Positions 25,378-38,551 are shown, counted from the stretch's first letter. The stretch is DNA of 64,000 nt from Camelus dromedarius (GCF_036321535.1 NC_087436.1:102426001-102490000); one strand, 5' to 3'. The notes: generated by a model from the letters alone, not told the origin. Numbers and translations: made by a program.

Positions 25378-26171
25378 TGTGGGTTCGTCACCAGTTGTGT
25401 GTTCTGGCCGGCAGAAGTCCCACCGAGATGGAATGAATTACTCAAGACTCTGTGGAAAAGTCAAGAGAGCGAGAGGGAGTTGGGAGCCAACTCCACGAAC
25501 CTCTCAAACGCCCCCACATTTATTGTGTACAATCAAAGGAGAAATCATTGACAATTGTGTGATGGAATGCAGGAATTTAGGGAAAGACAGAGTGGGATCT
25601 AGATTGTAGAGTCTGGCTCAAGGTCAGAAGACCCTTTATCTTTTGGTAAGTCACGTTCGTGTTGGCATCAGGGAGCCTTACAGCTTATCAGGGCGGAACG
25701 TCTGAGAAGAAGCTGCTTAACCTCTTTCTTGGACTCAGGCGGCTGTGCCTGTCTTAGGTTGCTCCCCTCTGGGGGTCTTACCTATCATTGGCTAACCAGC
25801 CTTCTCACCTCTGAGTCTGCAGCTTCTTATAACTTGTTTACCATTCCGGCCCAAGACTCGTTCCTTTGGGGGCCTACAGTTTACCTTTAGGGAAGTCATG
25901 GGAAGAGGGGAGCAAGATACATCCTTATAGATATGCTAAAGCAGACCACCAGCCCAGCCAGTTCCTTGCTTTGGGGATAGAAGACTGTCTAACAGCAGGC
26001 ACGCCCAGCGTTTATAGCCGAGGGCCTGGGTCCTTAATTTGCAAGGAGCAGAGAGCTATCTAAAACCTCAACTATGCAAGCAAGGCAGTTACTAAGCACA
26101 TTTGCTCTTCTTTAAGGAGACAAGCGGCTGGGGTCTGTTACAATTTGTTATCCCAATCATGGGCTCCTACA
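25378..26171 (-). mobile_element. Complete solo LTR, ERVK/betaretrovirus class (794 bp)
   Basis: TG...CA ends with a perfect 6-bp TSD ATAGGT (25372-25377, 26172-26177); AATAAA on minus at ~25519-25524; CCAAT on minus at ~25787; many CpGs retained. Confidence 0.9.
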
Positions 26172-27443
26172 ATAGGTAAAAGAATTTCTGAGCCTGGTTT
26201 TGGGATAAACAACACAAAATCAGCACCCTTAACCTTTCAAAACATTTTCCCCCAAGACTGGAAGAATTTTTTGAATCTTTGGAATGTTAATTTTCCAAAT
26301 AAAATTAACTTGGCTTGAAAAAGATGCTATGAAAAAAGATATTTGTCTTTAAAATAATTCTCTTTCTCTACTGCCAATGTATCTAAAAGTTAAAACCAGT
26401 CCTCCAAAGCATTTTTTTTTTCATGATGGGACAGTAAATGCTAAAGTTTTGCTGATATGAAAGCCACATGAGTGACACTGAGGGTGCTGGAGAATTTTCC
26501 TCTGAAGACTTCACCTTCCCAAGATTTTGTGTCCTGCATCAATTTCTTACTAAACTCTCTTGCATACGACTTCTCTTCACCACTCTTGATAAGTAAACAA
26601 TGGCTACTAGTCCTCAAGAACAATTCTGCTAGTCACTTTTTTGAAACTAGCTGAGCTTCGATGGACATCCTCCTGCTGAAGCCCCATGTTTCCCCGCCTT
26701 CCTCAAGTCTGAACGCCCAGCCAGAGCCTTTTTATGCCCACCATTTGCCAACAAAGACTGTGCTTACGGCGTTCTAGCTGCTTTTCTTCCATAATGGTGT
26801 TTTAATTACCAAGTAAGACAATGTTTGCCAGTTAAGTTTAAATTGAAATGAATTTTAAAAAATAGAATGTATATAAAGCACTTAGCCCAGCGAATGGCAC
26901 ATGGTAATCATGATGATGCATATAACTGAATGAGCTGTGCTGTGTAGGGGTCAAACAGGGAGTAATTCTTTGCCCTTTCAAATGGCTGCTTTATTTTCCT
27001 TACTGATTGTCTTTTTCCTTCCTCCGATCCCACTCGGCTCCACTCCTACTCCTCCAATCCCTGGCCTGCCTCGTAACTTTGTGATCACCCCCAGATAATA
27101 AGTGACTCTCCTCTTTGCCAGGTACTAATTTCAGCCCAGAAATATAATAACGTCACAATCTCATGTGTATATTTATCCCTTGTGTAGCTTGAGTCAATCT
27201 CAGCCCGAGAAACTTATGGTGAGGAAGAAAGTGAAGTTGTCTCCTTCCCTTCTCTATTTCTCAGTTCATCTCCTTTTTCTCTCACTCAGCTGCTGTTTAA
27301 ATGCAACTCCTGAGCAAGGGTTGAACAGACGGGAAAGAAAAGGGACACAAATATTTTTAATGAACTGCTTACAGTTGTAATCTGGGTGTGGCTGATACCA
27401 AATATTTATTAATCCTTTCTTTCAGAGGGAGCTTGTATTATTC

Positions 27444-27488
<45 letters not shown>
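27444..27488. repeat. (CA)n microsatellite
   Basis: Perfect AC run 27451-27488 (19 units) plus a short imperfect lead-in. Confidence 0.98.
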
Positions 27489-27490
<2 letters not shown>

Positions 27491-28077
27491 ACACACTGTT
27501 GGGAATCTCTTGCCTACCACTCCTTTTGCTGGAAATACCACTCCAGCTGGTAACTTACAACCTATCAGCTCCATATTGAATGTTCCACCTCAAGCCACTT
27601 TCCAGTAAGATCACAAAGCATCATGGATCTGTCTTGGACAGGACTTCTTGTTTTTATTCCCCCAAAGTAATCCACAGTAAGTTCTGTCAGACCTGTTGCT
27701 GAACCTGGCAGAACCTGTAAATACAGATTTTGCTAATGGAATTTTGTCTCCCTTTGCTCTTTTGTCTCAGGCTAGTTCCAAATACCAATACTTGCTTCCT
27801 CAAACTCTGCAAGGGGATCACAATGCACTTTGATATCTCTAAGGAAATTTTAGCTATCAGTTCCTTCAACCTTCCAGTGAATTTTTCAGCTTTGCTTAAG
27901 TAGCCTAGGCTGAGGTAAGGGATATTGTAAGTAAAAGCAGTTTCACAGTCTTTAGTCTATTCCTCATAGTCATTCAAGCACCTGGTTTTAGAATGTGTGA
28001 TTACTTGTAATCTAATGAATTATTCTGATCTTTGTTGGCTTCTATAAAAATAATGAAGCAGCAGAATACTCTGACTT

Positions 28078-28117
28078 ATGTATCTATCCATCTATCTATC
28101 TACCTATCTATCCATCC
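28078..28117. repeat. Imperfect (TATC/CATC)n tetranucleotide repeat
   Basis: TATCTATCCATCTATCTATCTACCTATCTATCCATCCAT; followed by a purine-rich GA tract at ~28200-28300. Confidence 0.85.
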
Positions 28118-31100
28118 ATTTACCACGTACCAGTCTTCATATCTATATGGAGATGTGTACATATGCATGTGTTCTTGTGTGTGTGTTTGCAGATAAGCAG
28201 ATAGAGATGGAAGCAAAAAAAGAGGAGGAAGAGAATGAAGAGGAGGACCGAGGCAGGAGGGGAAGGGAGGGAGAGGGAGTAATAAGGAAAGTCAGCAAAA
28301 AGTAGAGAAAGTCATATGGAAGGTGATTTTGTAGTTTCCCTGTAATGAATGTATTGTTTACCCTCTTGACTCCAAGTTTTATTCTTTTCTCAAGAAGCAT
28401 GGAACATGTCTGTCCCGTTGCCAATCAGCAAAAATTAAATTTTGAGAAATTACCCTTCACAGGCATAATCGAATTAGACAGTAATCCAGGAAACCTGAAA
28501 AAATGGGAAAATACTTACTTAGCCCCCTGAATTTCTTGAGCCCTCCTTGGGCTCCAAGATTCAGTTTCTTCTGCTGCACTATGAGATCTAAAGTCTTTCC
28601 TGAGGTAAGAATTAGGAATTTCATGATCAAGTCAAAGGAAGAGACGGCGTGCTGGCTGACAAAGCTACCTAGCCAATGGGAATCCTGCAGTGTCTGGAGG
28701 AAATGCCAACCACCACGCAGGCAAAAGGCCAGTAATGAAGCTAATGACAACAGAACAGATTACTGCCGGAGAACAGAAACCCCTTCACAACTGAGCACTG
28801 AGAACTAGTCAAAGGAGGTTGTTGTAAAGCACTCAGTTGATAATGCATAACTATTGAGAAAAAGTATGTTTCATATTTCCACCAATAGAAGAGAGAAAAA
28901 ATATATTTCATGTTTCCACCAATCAAGTATTATCAACTATGAACTTTACATGGCATTGGTACTGGGGGATGTTAAAGATAAATAAGATTTGATCATTGAC
29001 TGTAGGAATTAAAGTAAAAGTGAGATAAAGGATGAATGTAATGTAATAATTAAGCAACTCTTTTAGTGTTTTTTTTTTTAACATCAGTTTTGCAGTAGTA
29101 GTTCTTTTAAGTTTGTTGTGCCATGTGGCCACTCTATATTTTCTTCTTTTGTAAAATGCAGACTATAAAAGTAACTTCCTAAAGGCATTTTCTTTTTTGT
29201 GGATTAAGTAAAAACTAATCTATAAAATGAATCCATTAAATTAAAATTTTTGTTAAATAACTGGCTTTATCTTATAATTGCTCAATAAATTTATTTACTG
29301 ATTTATTGATAGTATTGTCGCTATTATCATCCCAGAATGGTTTTACATATTGATGACTAACTGAACTGTATCGCTTTCTGGGCTGATGGAAGTCAAACAA
29401 GCAGAAAGTGAAAAGAAGATGAACCCAGAAGACTGGAATTTAACACAGAAGTGGATACTCATTTTCTTGATTTGGCATTTACTTAAGAAAAAAGTTTTTT
29501 TGTGCCCACACACCTGTTTATGCCTTTTTTTTTGAAATTTATTTTAAGAAAAAATTTCAAAAAATACTAACTTGCATTTGCTGCATTTTCTGAAATCTAT
29601 TGAAAACTAATCCCCGTGAACATCTTGTTAAAAGCTGGGAATAGAATTGTAACTGCAGTGCCAATTTATTTCTGATTTTATTCCATAGCATCTCATGTGA
29701 GAATAAAGTTAGGCTCAAATCAACAAACCCATTTGATTGCATTCAGACTGAATAGAACACGGACACAGTTTGCTTTTATTTTTAACTCCCAGAGAGTAAA
29801 AGTGAAGGAAGAATTTCACTGGAATGATAATCTTTAAGACTTTTCCAGATTAGTTCATATACCAAGAAATCTTAACTACGCTATTGTTAACATTGACTAA
29901 TCTGATGAGTTCTGAAATCCTTATTTGGAATTCCTTGAGACTAATGAGACTTTATCCTTGCAAAAATTATGTCTGTCAAGACATTGCATCTTATTTCTAA
30001 GAGCTTATTTCTTCAGATCAAATAAAGAATATTACTTACTCTATGAAGAGCTTAGATACTGCATTGTGTTAAATATATTTTTTCAATATTAGAATTTTAT
30101 CTATATTACCAGTGTACTAAATTCAAAATAATGAAATGGATTTACACAAGAAAATTTATTGGACTAGATTATAAGAATATCAATTCATGAATATTTACCT
30201 TTCCTTTAAAATTAAACATTTTAATGACTCTGAGCAGTTATCAGAAGTTGATATGAGTCATCCTAATGGTTTTACATTTTATGCACATTGACCAATAGTC
30301 AGCTGACAAGGTGATTAGTTTATCTAAGGTTATGAATAACAATGTGTTGTGGAACTTGAGAAGATGAATAAAAATGTGTATTTCTTATAAATAAATTACT
30401 TAGTTATGTATTATTTATGTTACACAAGTTTAAACCATGTATAATACATGAGGAGAAATTTACCATATTTGGAGCAAAAATAACTGAACAGTCTCTTAGG
30501 ACCTTTATTAATATTTCAATATCAGTATTATTCTGCTGTATAATTGATTTTTGGAGACTATTTTGGATATGTTTTCTGAAATCTAATGACTGAAACTCAA
30601 AATTGTTTGAGTGTGCATAAGTTTAGTATCACATATGTTGGGCCAAGCTTCTCAGTATGAGGCCAAGGTAAGGGCTATTGCCAATCTGGAAGACACTTTC
30701 AACAGCTTTCAAAATGACCTCCTTTAAGAATCTCTCTCCACAAGTTCATATCCTTCACCTCATACTCACAACAAAACATATGAATAGGGAAAAGATTCAG
30801 AGCCTACTGCTGTTCCTTGTATTTCAAATCTCACGGCTTTTTTATTTCTTTTTGGAGGGGAGGAGAGTGGAGGGGTTGATTTCAATTTCTTTTACATGAG
30901 ACTCTTGGTTAATTATTGTAAAAATGAGACGGACTCCAAATAACATGGCTTTGATTAGTGATCTGAAATATTGAATTTATAGGCAACCCCAGGAAACTTT
31001 TTTCCCCTTCAACCAGTATTTTGATCTCTCTTTTGAAAAAGCTGGAAATGGCTCCAGAGTTTTGCAAAGCTAAGATGAAATGCTTTATATATAAAAAGAA

Positions 31101-31409
31101 ATTTAATACATATCTGTGAAAAGAATGTCAGATTACAATAATTTATTGGACTTCTACTCTGTGAGAGGCATGGGTTTTTAACAGGTATAAAAGAAAACAA
31201 TTAGGATACCAGTTCAGTATCACAATATAATAAATAATTGAGTCGGATATTGGAATCCAACTCTATTCTACTTCACTAACCATACTTTACTTCATGGCAT
31301 AAATGGAAGGACACTGAGGTAAAGCAAAACACTCTTTTACTGTATCCTCAAGTTTTCAACTTTAAAATTATAAATCATAAATCCAATTCTCTAATTTCCA
31401 AAATAATTA

Positions 31410-31971
31410 TGTTACCAAGTCCAAGCTCATACTGCTTGCCATGCAACAGGCCAGTAAATTAAAAGATGAGTTGTTGGGGCAAGGAATAGCGACTTTATTC
31501 AGCAAGCCAACAGACCAAGAAGATGGCAGGCTAGTGTCCCAAAGAACCATTTTGCCTCGGTTACGAACCTAGTCTCTTTTACAGAACAAAGGGAGGGGTT
31601 GAGGAAGTAAAATAAAAAAGGCAATAAATTGTTGCAAATATTTCCTGATTCTGGCCAGATTCCAGAGGGGGTGTGTTAAAATGTCTTCTTTCTTGCAGCC
31701 ATTCACAGGTGGGCCTGGTCACGATGTTTCCTGTGAGCTAAACAAAGGTATTTCAGCTTAATGCTCAGGCAAGGGAGGCAGAGTTCCTGGAGATGGGCCA
31801 TTATGTATACTTTAAGCTATCGGCAACATCTCTTTAGTGACTGACTTGTAGCAAAAGCAGTAGAATACAAAGGTTAAAGTAAAAAAAAAAAAAAAAAGAA
31901 AGAAAGCAAACTCTCCCCACCCCCCAAAAAAAAGATCCAATATTGAGTCAGATTTGTTCTTTCCTAGTACA
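31410..31971 (-). mobile_element. Complete solo LTR, ERV1 (MER41-like artiodactyl family, tentative name)
   Basis: TGTTACC...TAGTACA ends with a 4-bp TSD ATTA (31406-31409, 31972-31975); AATAAA on minus at ~31494-31499; R/U5 homologous to the LTR at 54878-55398. Confidence 0.9.
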
Positions 31972-32281
31972 ATTACATCTGTCTGAAAAAGTTTTTTAGC
32001 ATTTCTATAACCACGCCATTGAGATTTCTGTCTTTTATATATACTTGTAAGCTTATTTCTGAAAATAGTTGCTTCCATCAGGAAGCAATCTAGAATAGAA
32101 AATAATCTAGAATAAAAAGTAAACTCATAAAACAGTAATGGAACAAAGACCTAAATACACTTAAGAGTAGCAAAAATCTTGTCATTAAATTTGTCATGGG
32201 TTTTAAAGAACAGTTGTTTATATATTCCCAAATTATAGCCCTTCCTTTTTCACTTTCTTCCATCATTATATATCTTGGTAT

Positions 32282-32870
32282 TATTCATTTACTGATTCAT
32301 ATATTCAACAAATATTTGTTGACCATCCATTCTAAGCTAGCCTTCAATTAGGTGTTGAGAAGTTAGGAATTCATTTCTAGAGAAACTTCATTTCTGCTAG
32401 AGATACAAGCAAACACATTTCACTGGGTGTGAGAATAGAGCTAGGATAAGCAGAATAGAATTTTATGGGGGCCAGGCAAAGATCCATGATCCAGATATGA
32501 GAATAAAAATGGAATTTCCAGTAGCAGAAAGAGCAAATGTGAAAAATAGGAAGTTCCTAAAAGCATAAAATATTTAAGAAATTATATGTAATTACATATG
32601 ACTGGAGGAAAGGGAATTTGTATCAAGAAAAAGCAAAGTTTGGGAGGCTTGTAGATAGTGAGCAGTGTTGGTCTTCAAGATAAGCAGTAAGTTTAGCTCT
32701 GCATCTTTGAGAATTCTTTCTGATAGTCATAGGCAACATTGGAAGACAGCATTGGGGAACCAGAAAAAAACTACTTAAGAACAGAGGAATAATAAAAAGT
32801 AGGATGGGCCAATGGAAAGAATGTACCCATAAAGTTTTAGGGGTGTGTGGATGCTAAGATTCATGATAAT
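32282..32870 (-). mobile_element. LINE-2 3' region
   Basis: ATTCATTTACTGATTCATATATTCAACAAATATTTGTTGA is the antisense L2 tail, followed by purine-rich decayed L2 body. Confidence 0.6.
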
Positions 32871-32898
32871 TAGAGTGCCCAGTCAAATAAAAGCTTGA

Positions 32899-33336
32899 TT
32901 TTTTTTTCCCTGAAGTATGTATAGTTGATTTATATTATAATAATTTCAGCTGTACAACATAGTAATTCAGTATTTTATAGATTATACTCCATTTAAAGTT
33001 ATTATAAAGTATTAGCTATATTCCCTGTACTGCATAATATATTCTTGTAGATTGTTTATTTTATATGTGATAGTTTGTACCTCTCAATCTCCTATCCTTA
33101 TCTTGCCCCTCACCATTCTCCCTCCCACTGATAACCTCTAATTCGTTCTTCATGTCCGTGAGTCTGTTTCTGTTTTGTTACGTACATTTTTTTTTTAGAT
33201 TCCACATATAAGGGATTACATATAGTATTTGTCTTTCTCTGTCTGACTTACTTCACTAAGCATAATATGCTTTAGGTCCGTTCATGTTGTTGCAAATGGC
33301 AAATTTTATTTATTTTTTATCACTGAATTGTATTCT

Positions 33337-33422
<86 letters not shown>

Positions 33423-33878
33423 TATAAATAACACAACTTCTTTATCCAGTCATCTGTCGATGGACATTTACGTTGTTTCCATGTCTTGGCTATTGTAAAT
33501 AGTGCTGCTATGAACACTGGGGTGCAGGTGTCTTTTTGAATTAATGTTTTTGTTTTCTTCAGATATATTCCTGAGAGTGAAAATGCTGGATCAAATGGTA
33601 GTTCTATTTTTATATTTTTTTAAGGAACTCTCATACTGTTTTCCACAGTGGCTGGACCAATTTACATTCCCACCAATAGTGTACTAAGGTTCCCTTTTCT
33701 CCACATCTTTGCCAACATTTGTTAATTTGCAGACTCTTTGATGATAACCATTCTGACAGGTGGGAAGTGATATCCCATTGTGGCTTTGATTTGCATTTCT
33801 CTAATGATTAGCTCTGTTGAGAATCTTTTCATGTGCCTATTGATCATCTGTATGTCTTGTTTAGAAAAATATCTATTA
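32899..33878 (-). mobile_element. 5'-truncated LINE-1 (3'UTR plus ORF2 C-terminus)
   Basis: Poly-T start, 3'UTR, and ORF 33320-33517 MFIAALFTIAKTWKQRKCPSTDDWIKKL, the L1 ORF2 C-terminus. Confidence 0.95.
33337..33418. repeat. Compound (TG)n(TA)24 microsatellite inside L1
   Basis: Imperfect TG run 33337-33370, perfect TA run 33371-33418. Confidence 0.97.
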
Positions 33879-35540
33879 AGAGAGGCAGTCACGGAAAACC
33901 AGCCAGCATACTAGGCAGTTTAAATACTTTTCCTCAGCCTTGTTTCAGGAGTAAGCTAGTGTATGCTTGCTCATCACGAGCAGAGTTTAGGTTTCCTCAT
34001 ACACTTTAAAGCATTAGTTGCAGCCTTACTCCTCTCTTCTTTGTGATCAGGAAAAGGATGGAAGAAATAAGAGGTTCAGGGAAAAAATTGTAAACATGGT
34101 TATCCTAAACCTATTTTGCATATAGAATATGAAACTTTGTAGTAAGAATGTGTTTAATCTGACAAAGGCAATAATGAAATGTCAGTTTATAAATGATACT
34201 GAAAACACAAATGAATTTAGAAAATACACAGGAATTCCTAATGCTTTTTGTTAACTTTCTTTTTAAAGTTAACATGTCAATAGTCTCCTTAGCCCTATTA
34301 CGGGGCCTGGACGAAATCTGAAAGAATAAAGTTATAACTTATTTAAAAAAATCACAAACACCATTTCTTTCAATCCTTTATCTTATCTCCTGAGATCTCA
34401 CATTCAAGTGCTGAGAGGAACTGACCCTACTCAGCTACTAAGAATTGGCAAGATCACAGCTCAAGATGGTATGTCTTTAGAGAAATGATTTTTTTCTTCC
34501 TTTTTGACTATTCTTGGTACAAATGCTTCAATAAAGTTCTCCAAGTTTCCATTTCTCTCTTTGAAACTTCTCAGTTCTCCAAATTATTTTGAAGAATGGG
34601 TTGTGTAGATAGGCAAGCCAAAAGTCAAAATACAAGGGGAAAAAAGTCACATTCTTCTGTATGTCATTCTTAACAGCTTATGATCCTGGTGTTTAGATGT
34701 TTTGGCTGAAGACAGCTAGATAAAATTCAAACAATCAGTAAAAGAGGAACAGTGGATAAACAGCATCATTATGTACACAGTTAACCATTAGCACAGACAT
34801 TCTTAGGTGTTTGTCGGAGTTTCTTTCACAGATTCCATTTTTAAAGGGGCCAGTAGTTTGATCATCTGAATCCATGTCATGATCAAGATCTTAATATAAT
34901 GGACGTTAGCTTACTGACCACTGGAAAGATCAGACTCATTAACTTTCACCCCATCCCTAGAGAGGATATTACAAGATGACATCATTTAGTCCTGTTGCTT
35001 TGGAAAAGCCCCAGCATTTAAAAACTTTGTAGGGATACTGTGTGTCAACCAGCTTCCCAGTAAGTATTGCCCATCTGCTTCAAATTTATGATTTATTAGG
35101 GAAATTAATGTGGACATCATTAAGTAGATTCCTGGAAATTCTGCAGAGAAGTTGAAGCATATACATAATACACAAATCGCAGAGCTAAGAAGAAAACGAG
35201 AATTCTGTTCTGTAGTCTTGGAGTCTCAAATACTGTAAGATACTCTCACTTTTTAGAAAATAAATATCCTTTTTAAAAATCTTATTACTGTATTTAACTC
35301 TAAGGATGTGTTGAGACAAACAGGATAATATAGAATCATTAAGTCAAATAGATTTCTCCCCACCCCCAATCAATAGTTTAAAAAATTACACAGAAAACTA
35401 GGGTGGTGTGGGAGGAGAGCATTTTGTCTCTAAGTAGAAGTTGTAGAGATTAAGAATGTACCCAGAACGCTGCAAGAGAAAGGCAGAGGGACAGGAGAGT
35501 GACCATCAAAGGTTTTCAATTCAACACAATAGCAACTAGC

Positions 35541-36000
35541 CTACAGGGCAGGTTGCAAACAGTAGCCACGAGTTTTTCTCAATATGCATGCCCTTTAGCA
35601 AAGTCATTCTGAAGCTCTCCCAACCAAGAGATGGAGATGATTCTTCTACTCCTTATATCTGGACTTGACCACATGGCTTGACTTGCAAACAAAGCTGAGT
35701 TAGCTTACTGGAAATTGAAAGACCACATGTGGCTGAGATGAGCCACTTGACCTGAGATTCCACCATGCCTGGCAATTGCCAGTCACGTGACTGGAGCCCT
35801 AGGAGATCGTCCAACAGCCAGCCAATCTGCCAGCTGCCCATAGGTAAGTGAGCGAGCCCAGCGTGACCAGCAGAACTGGCCTAGACCTCAGGAATATCAA
35901 GACAACCCACAGAACTATAAGCTCAATAACGTTGCTATTGTTTCAAATCACTGTATCTGAGGGGGGTGATGTGTGGTTTAGTCAGCAAAAGCTAACTAAA
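35541..36000 (+). mobile_element. MaLR LTR (MLT1G/H-like)
   Basis: CAAGAGATGGAG...AACCCACAGAACTATAAG...CAGCAAAAGCTAACTAA are typical MLT1 body and 3' end. Confidence 0.75.
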
Positions 36001-37506
36001 ATTTCTGTTTGGTTAACATAGCAAAGACAGTGGCTATGTTTACCAAATCCCACTGCATTTTGCTTTTCCAGGATTCATGGCGAGAGTAAATTGTCCACCG
36101 GCCCTTGTTGTTAGCTTGGCGCCAGGTGATGGTACATGCTCCACTATTACTCAGCTAAACTAAAAGTTACATTTTTGTGACTAGGTTTCAAATTAAGAAC
36201 CTCTATTTGGAAGGAGAGTAAAGTTAGGCAACATTTAGACTATTGGCTACTATACTCAAATACACTTAAAAATTAGATTTTAATGTGAAAACTGATCCTA
36301 CGTTAGGCCAAGGCAGTAGCTGGTAAAGTACGTGGGACACACAAACACTGCTAGAGATTTAGCCCCAAGCTTCCCTGCAAGACCCAGAGATTTTTGCTGA
36401 ATATGTTGGGAGAGCACTTTACCCAAGTTAGATGAATCCAAATGGTTAAGAACTAACCTAGGACACCATCAAGTACTATCTTTATTTCTCCTGTACCTAA
36501 AGCTGAGTTTATTTATTTGAGCACTAAGGGGCAGTAGGTGCACCAAACAGTTACAAGTAATCTCAGGGAACCTGGGTGGAATGGCAGCAGAGGAAGCAGC
36601 TCTATTCCACGTTAGTGCTCTCCTCAGAGGCTGGAGCTAAGGGGGCCAAAGGAGAGGTTTGATTTCCCCTTATTTTCCACTAAAGGATAACTTAGACAGA
36701 CTCCTTGACCAAAGAAATGCAACACCTGTTCCTTAATCATCATTAAAACTTTCATTAAATTCCTTGTTAGAGTCCAAAAGAAGGGGAAAATACTTGGATA
36801 TGTGGAAAATGAGAACTTAGAGAAGTAATGAGGCTATAAAAATTGGAAAGTTGAACACTTGGAGGAAAATAAAAATTGATTTTGAGAAAGATATATTTTG
36901 TATTCTTTTAATTCAACTACAAAATGTGCAGATTAGACATTGGCCGTGGCAGGAGTTTATGGGAATGAGAGGGTGAAATTCCAAGGACATACAGCCTTCC
37001 TCATCCCGGGGATTCCTGTACACAAGATAAAGGATGGCACTCGGGGCATGGTCAAGTACCAGCAGCCCACTCTTGTCTTTCCTTTATCAGGTAATATTGG
37101 TTTCCCCATCATTTCTTAAAAGGTTAAATCTTCATTTCTTTTCCAATCTTTAGACTACTTCAGATCTGTGTTTCATTTTCTTAACAGCTATCCAGAGTTT
37201 AACCATTTTTTTAAATAGGTATTTGGAACAACTATTGCAACATTCACTTTAAAACAATGATAGAAATTGTAAGTAACCCAAATTGTGCACTATTTTTTCC
37301 GAATATGATTTTTTTTCAAAAAGTATTTGTATCAGGAAAGGCATAACAGAACAGCCTGAGAACAATCTGAGATACGTACTTCAGTTTATAATTTTTTTAT
37401 TAAAGAAATTCCTGCTTTTATTATTTCTATAGGTTGATGTTTAGTGAGGCTTATTAACAATAAATGAAAATAAAATGCATTCCATATGAATATCCTATAA
37501 TTAGTA

Positions 37507-37679
37507 GTGGACTTGCCAGGGAGCTCATAAAACTTAATCTTCTGAGCGTCTCACTTGAATAGGCCATTTGCAGGACTCTGAATCTTACTTTGTGTTTATA
37601 ATTTTTTTATTCTTTTCCTAAAGGAGGATACTAAGAATTGTGTCAGCCTCCTGTCGGCAAAACCTTGCTCTACCCTGGT
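37507..37679. mobile_element. hAT-Tip100-type MITE relic (MER91/MER45-like)
   Basis: CTCACTTGAATAGGCC...AATTTTTTTATTCTTTTCCTAAAGGAGG...AAAACCTTGCTCTACCCTG resembles this family from memory. Confidence 0.5.
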
Positions 37680-37780
37680 GGAGAATCACCAGTTATCCTG
37701 TTCTACAACTAATACTCCTAATATTTCTGGTGGATCCCTTTGCCACTAATTTTGGGACTCCTGTGGTCATTTTAATATTT

Positions 37781-37818
37781 TATATATATATATATATTCA
37801 CACACACACACACACACA
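37781..37818. repeat. (TA)n(CA)n compound microsatellite
   Basis: TATATATATATATATATT followed by CACACACACACACACACACA. Confidence 0.9.
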
Positions 37819-38259
37819 TGATATCGATATTCTATATACACATACATATTTTGAGGTCTAAAGTCTGGATACCACTACCGTTTCCTTTATTTCCACTTAC
37901 TATCATATGATGCCCCCTTGTCATCTCAATCTACAGTCCTGCTTCTGCCCCATTTATTAGATCCTACCTTTTTTGGTCAACTATCACCCTTACAGACAGT
38001 ACCCATACAATAAAATCAGGTTAAAATTCAGCTATCATTGAGAAACTGCTCACCATGTGACCTACACTCTCCTACATGTGTTTCCTGCCTGCAGAGCTGA
38101 ACTGCACAACTGCAGCAGCTGCAGTAGTGCGGGGCGGGGTGCGGATGATGTCACAGGGGGTAACTCCGCCTCCCTTTGAATTAATTTCTCACCCTGTTCG
38201 CCTGATCTAAGGCACCTGTGTCTTCTCGGGACCCTTGCCCTTTTCCACTAGAACCCTTG

Positions 38260-38551
38260 CTTCTGCACCTGACCTTCCACAGTCTCTTCCCCACCCAGCA
38301 TTGGGAAATGATACAGATACAAATTGAGTCAGTTTGTGTTACTCTCCTTTTAGCAATTATTCAAAGGCTAACTCTGATTCCAAGTGAGACTCAAACTCCC
38401 TAAATCAGCCTGCAAAATCCTGGCTCTGCATGGCTCTGCCCTCATGCCCTCCCTTCTTCCCACTCTACCCTAGCCACCTGGCCACCTTCCACTTCTTCCA
38501 AAACATCAGAAATGTGCACCTGCTCAGACCCTTTGCACTTACTGTCACTGC
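38260..38551 (+). mobile_element. LINE-2 fragment
   Basis: Pyrimidine-rich, CTAGCCACCTGGCC...CTCAGACCCTTTGCACTTACTGT motifs of the L2 3' region. Confidence 0.65.

Noticed and set aside
28457..28808. Overlapping ~100 aa ORFs on both strands in the repeat-poor island
   Set aside because: No recognisable protein similarity; retained only as a regulatory or non-coding candidate.
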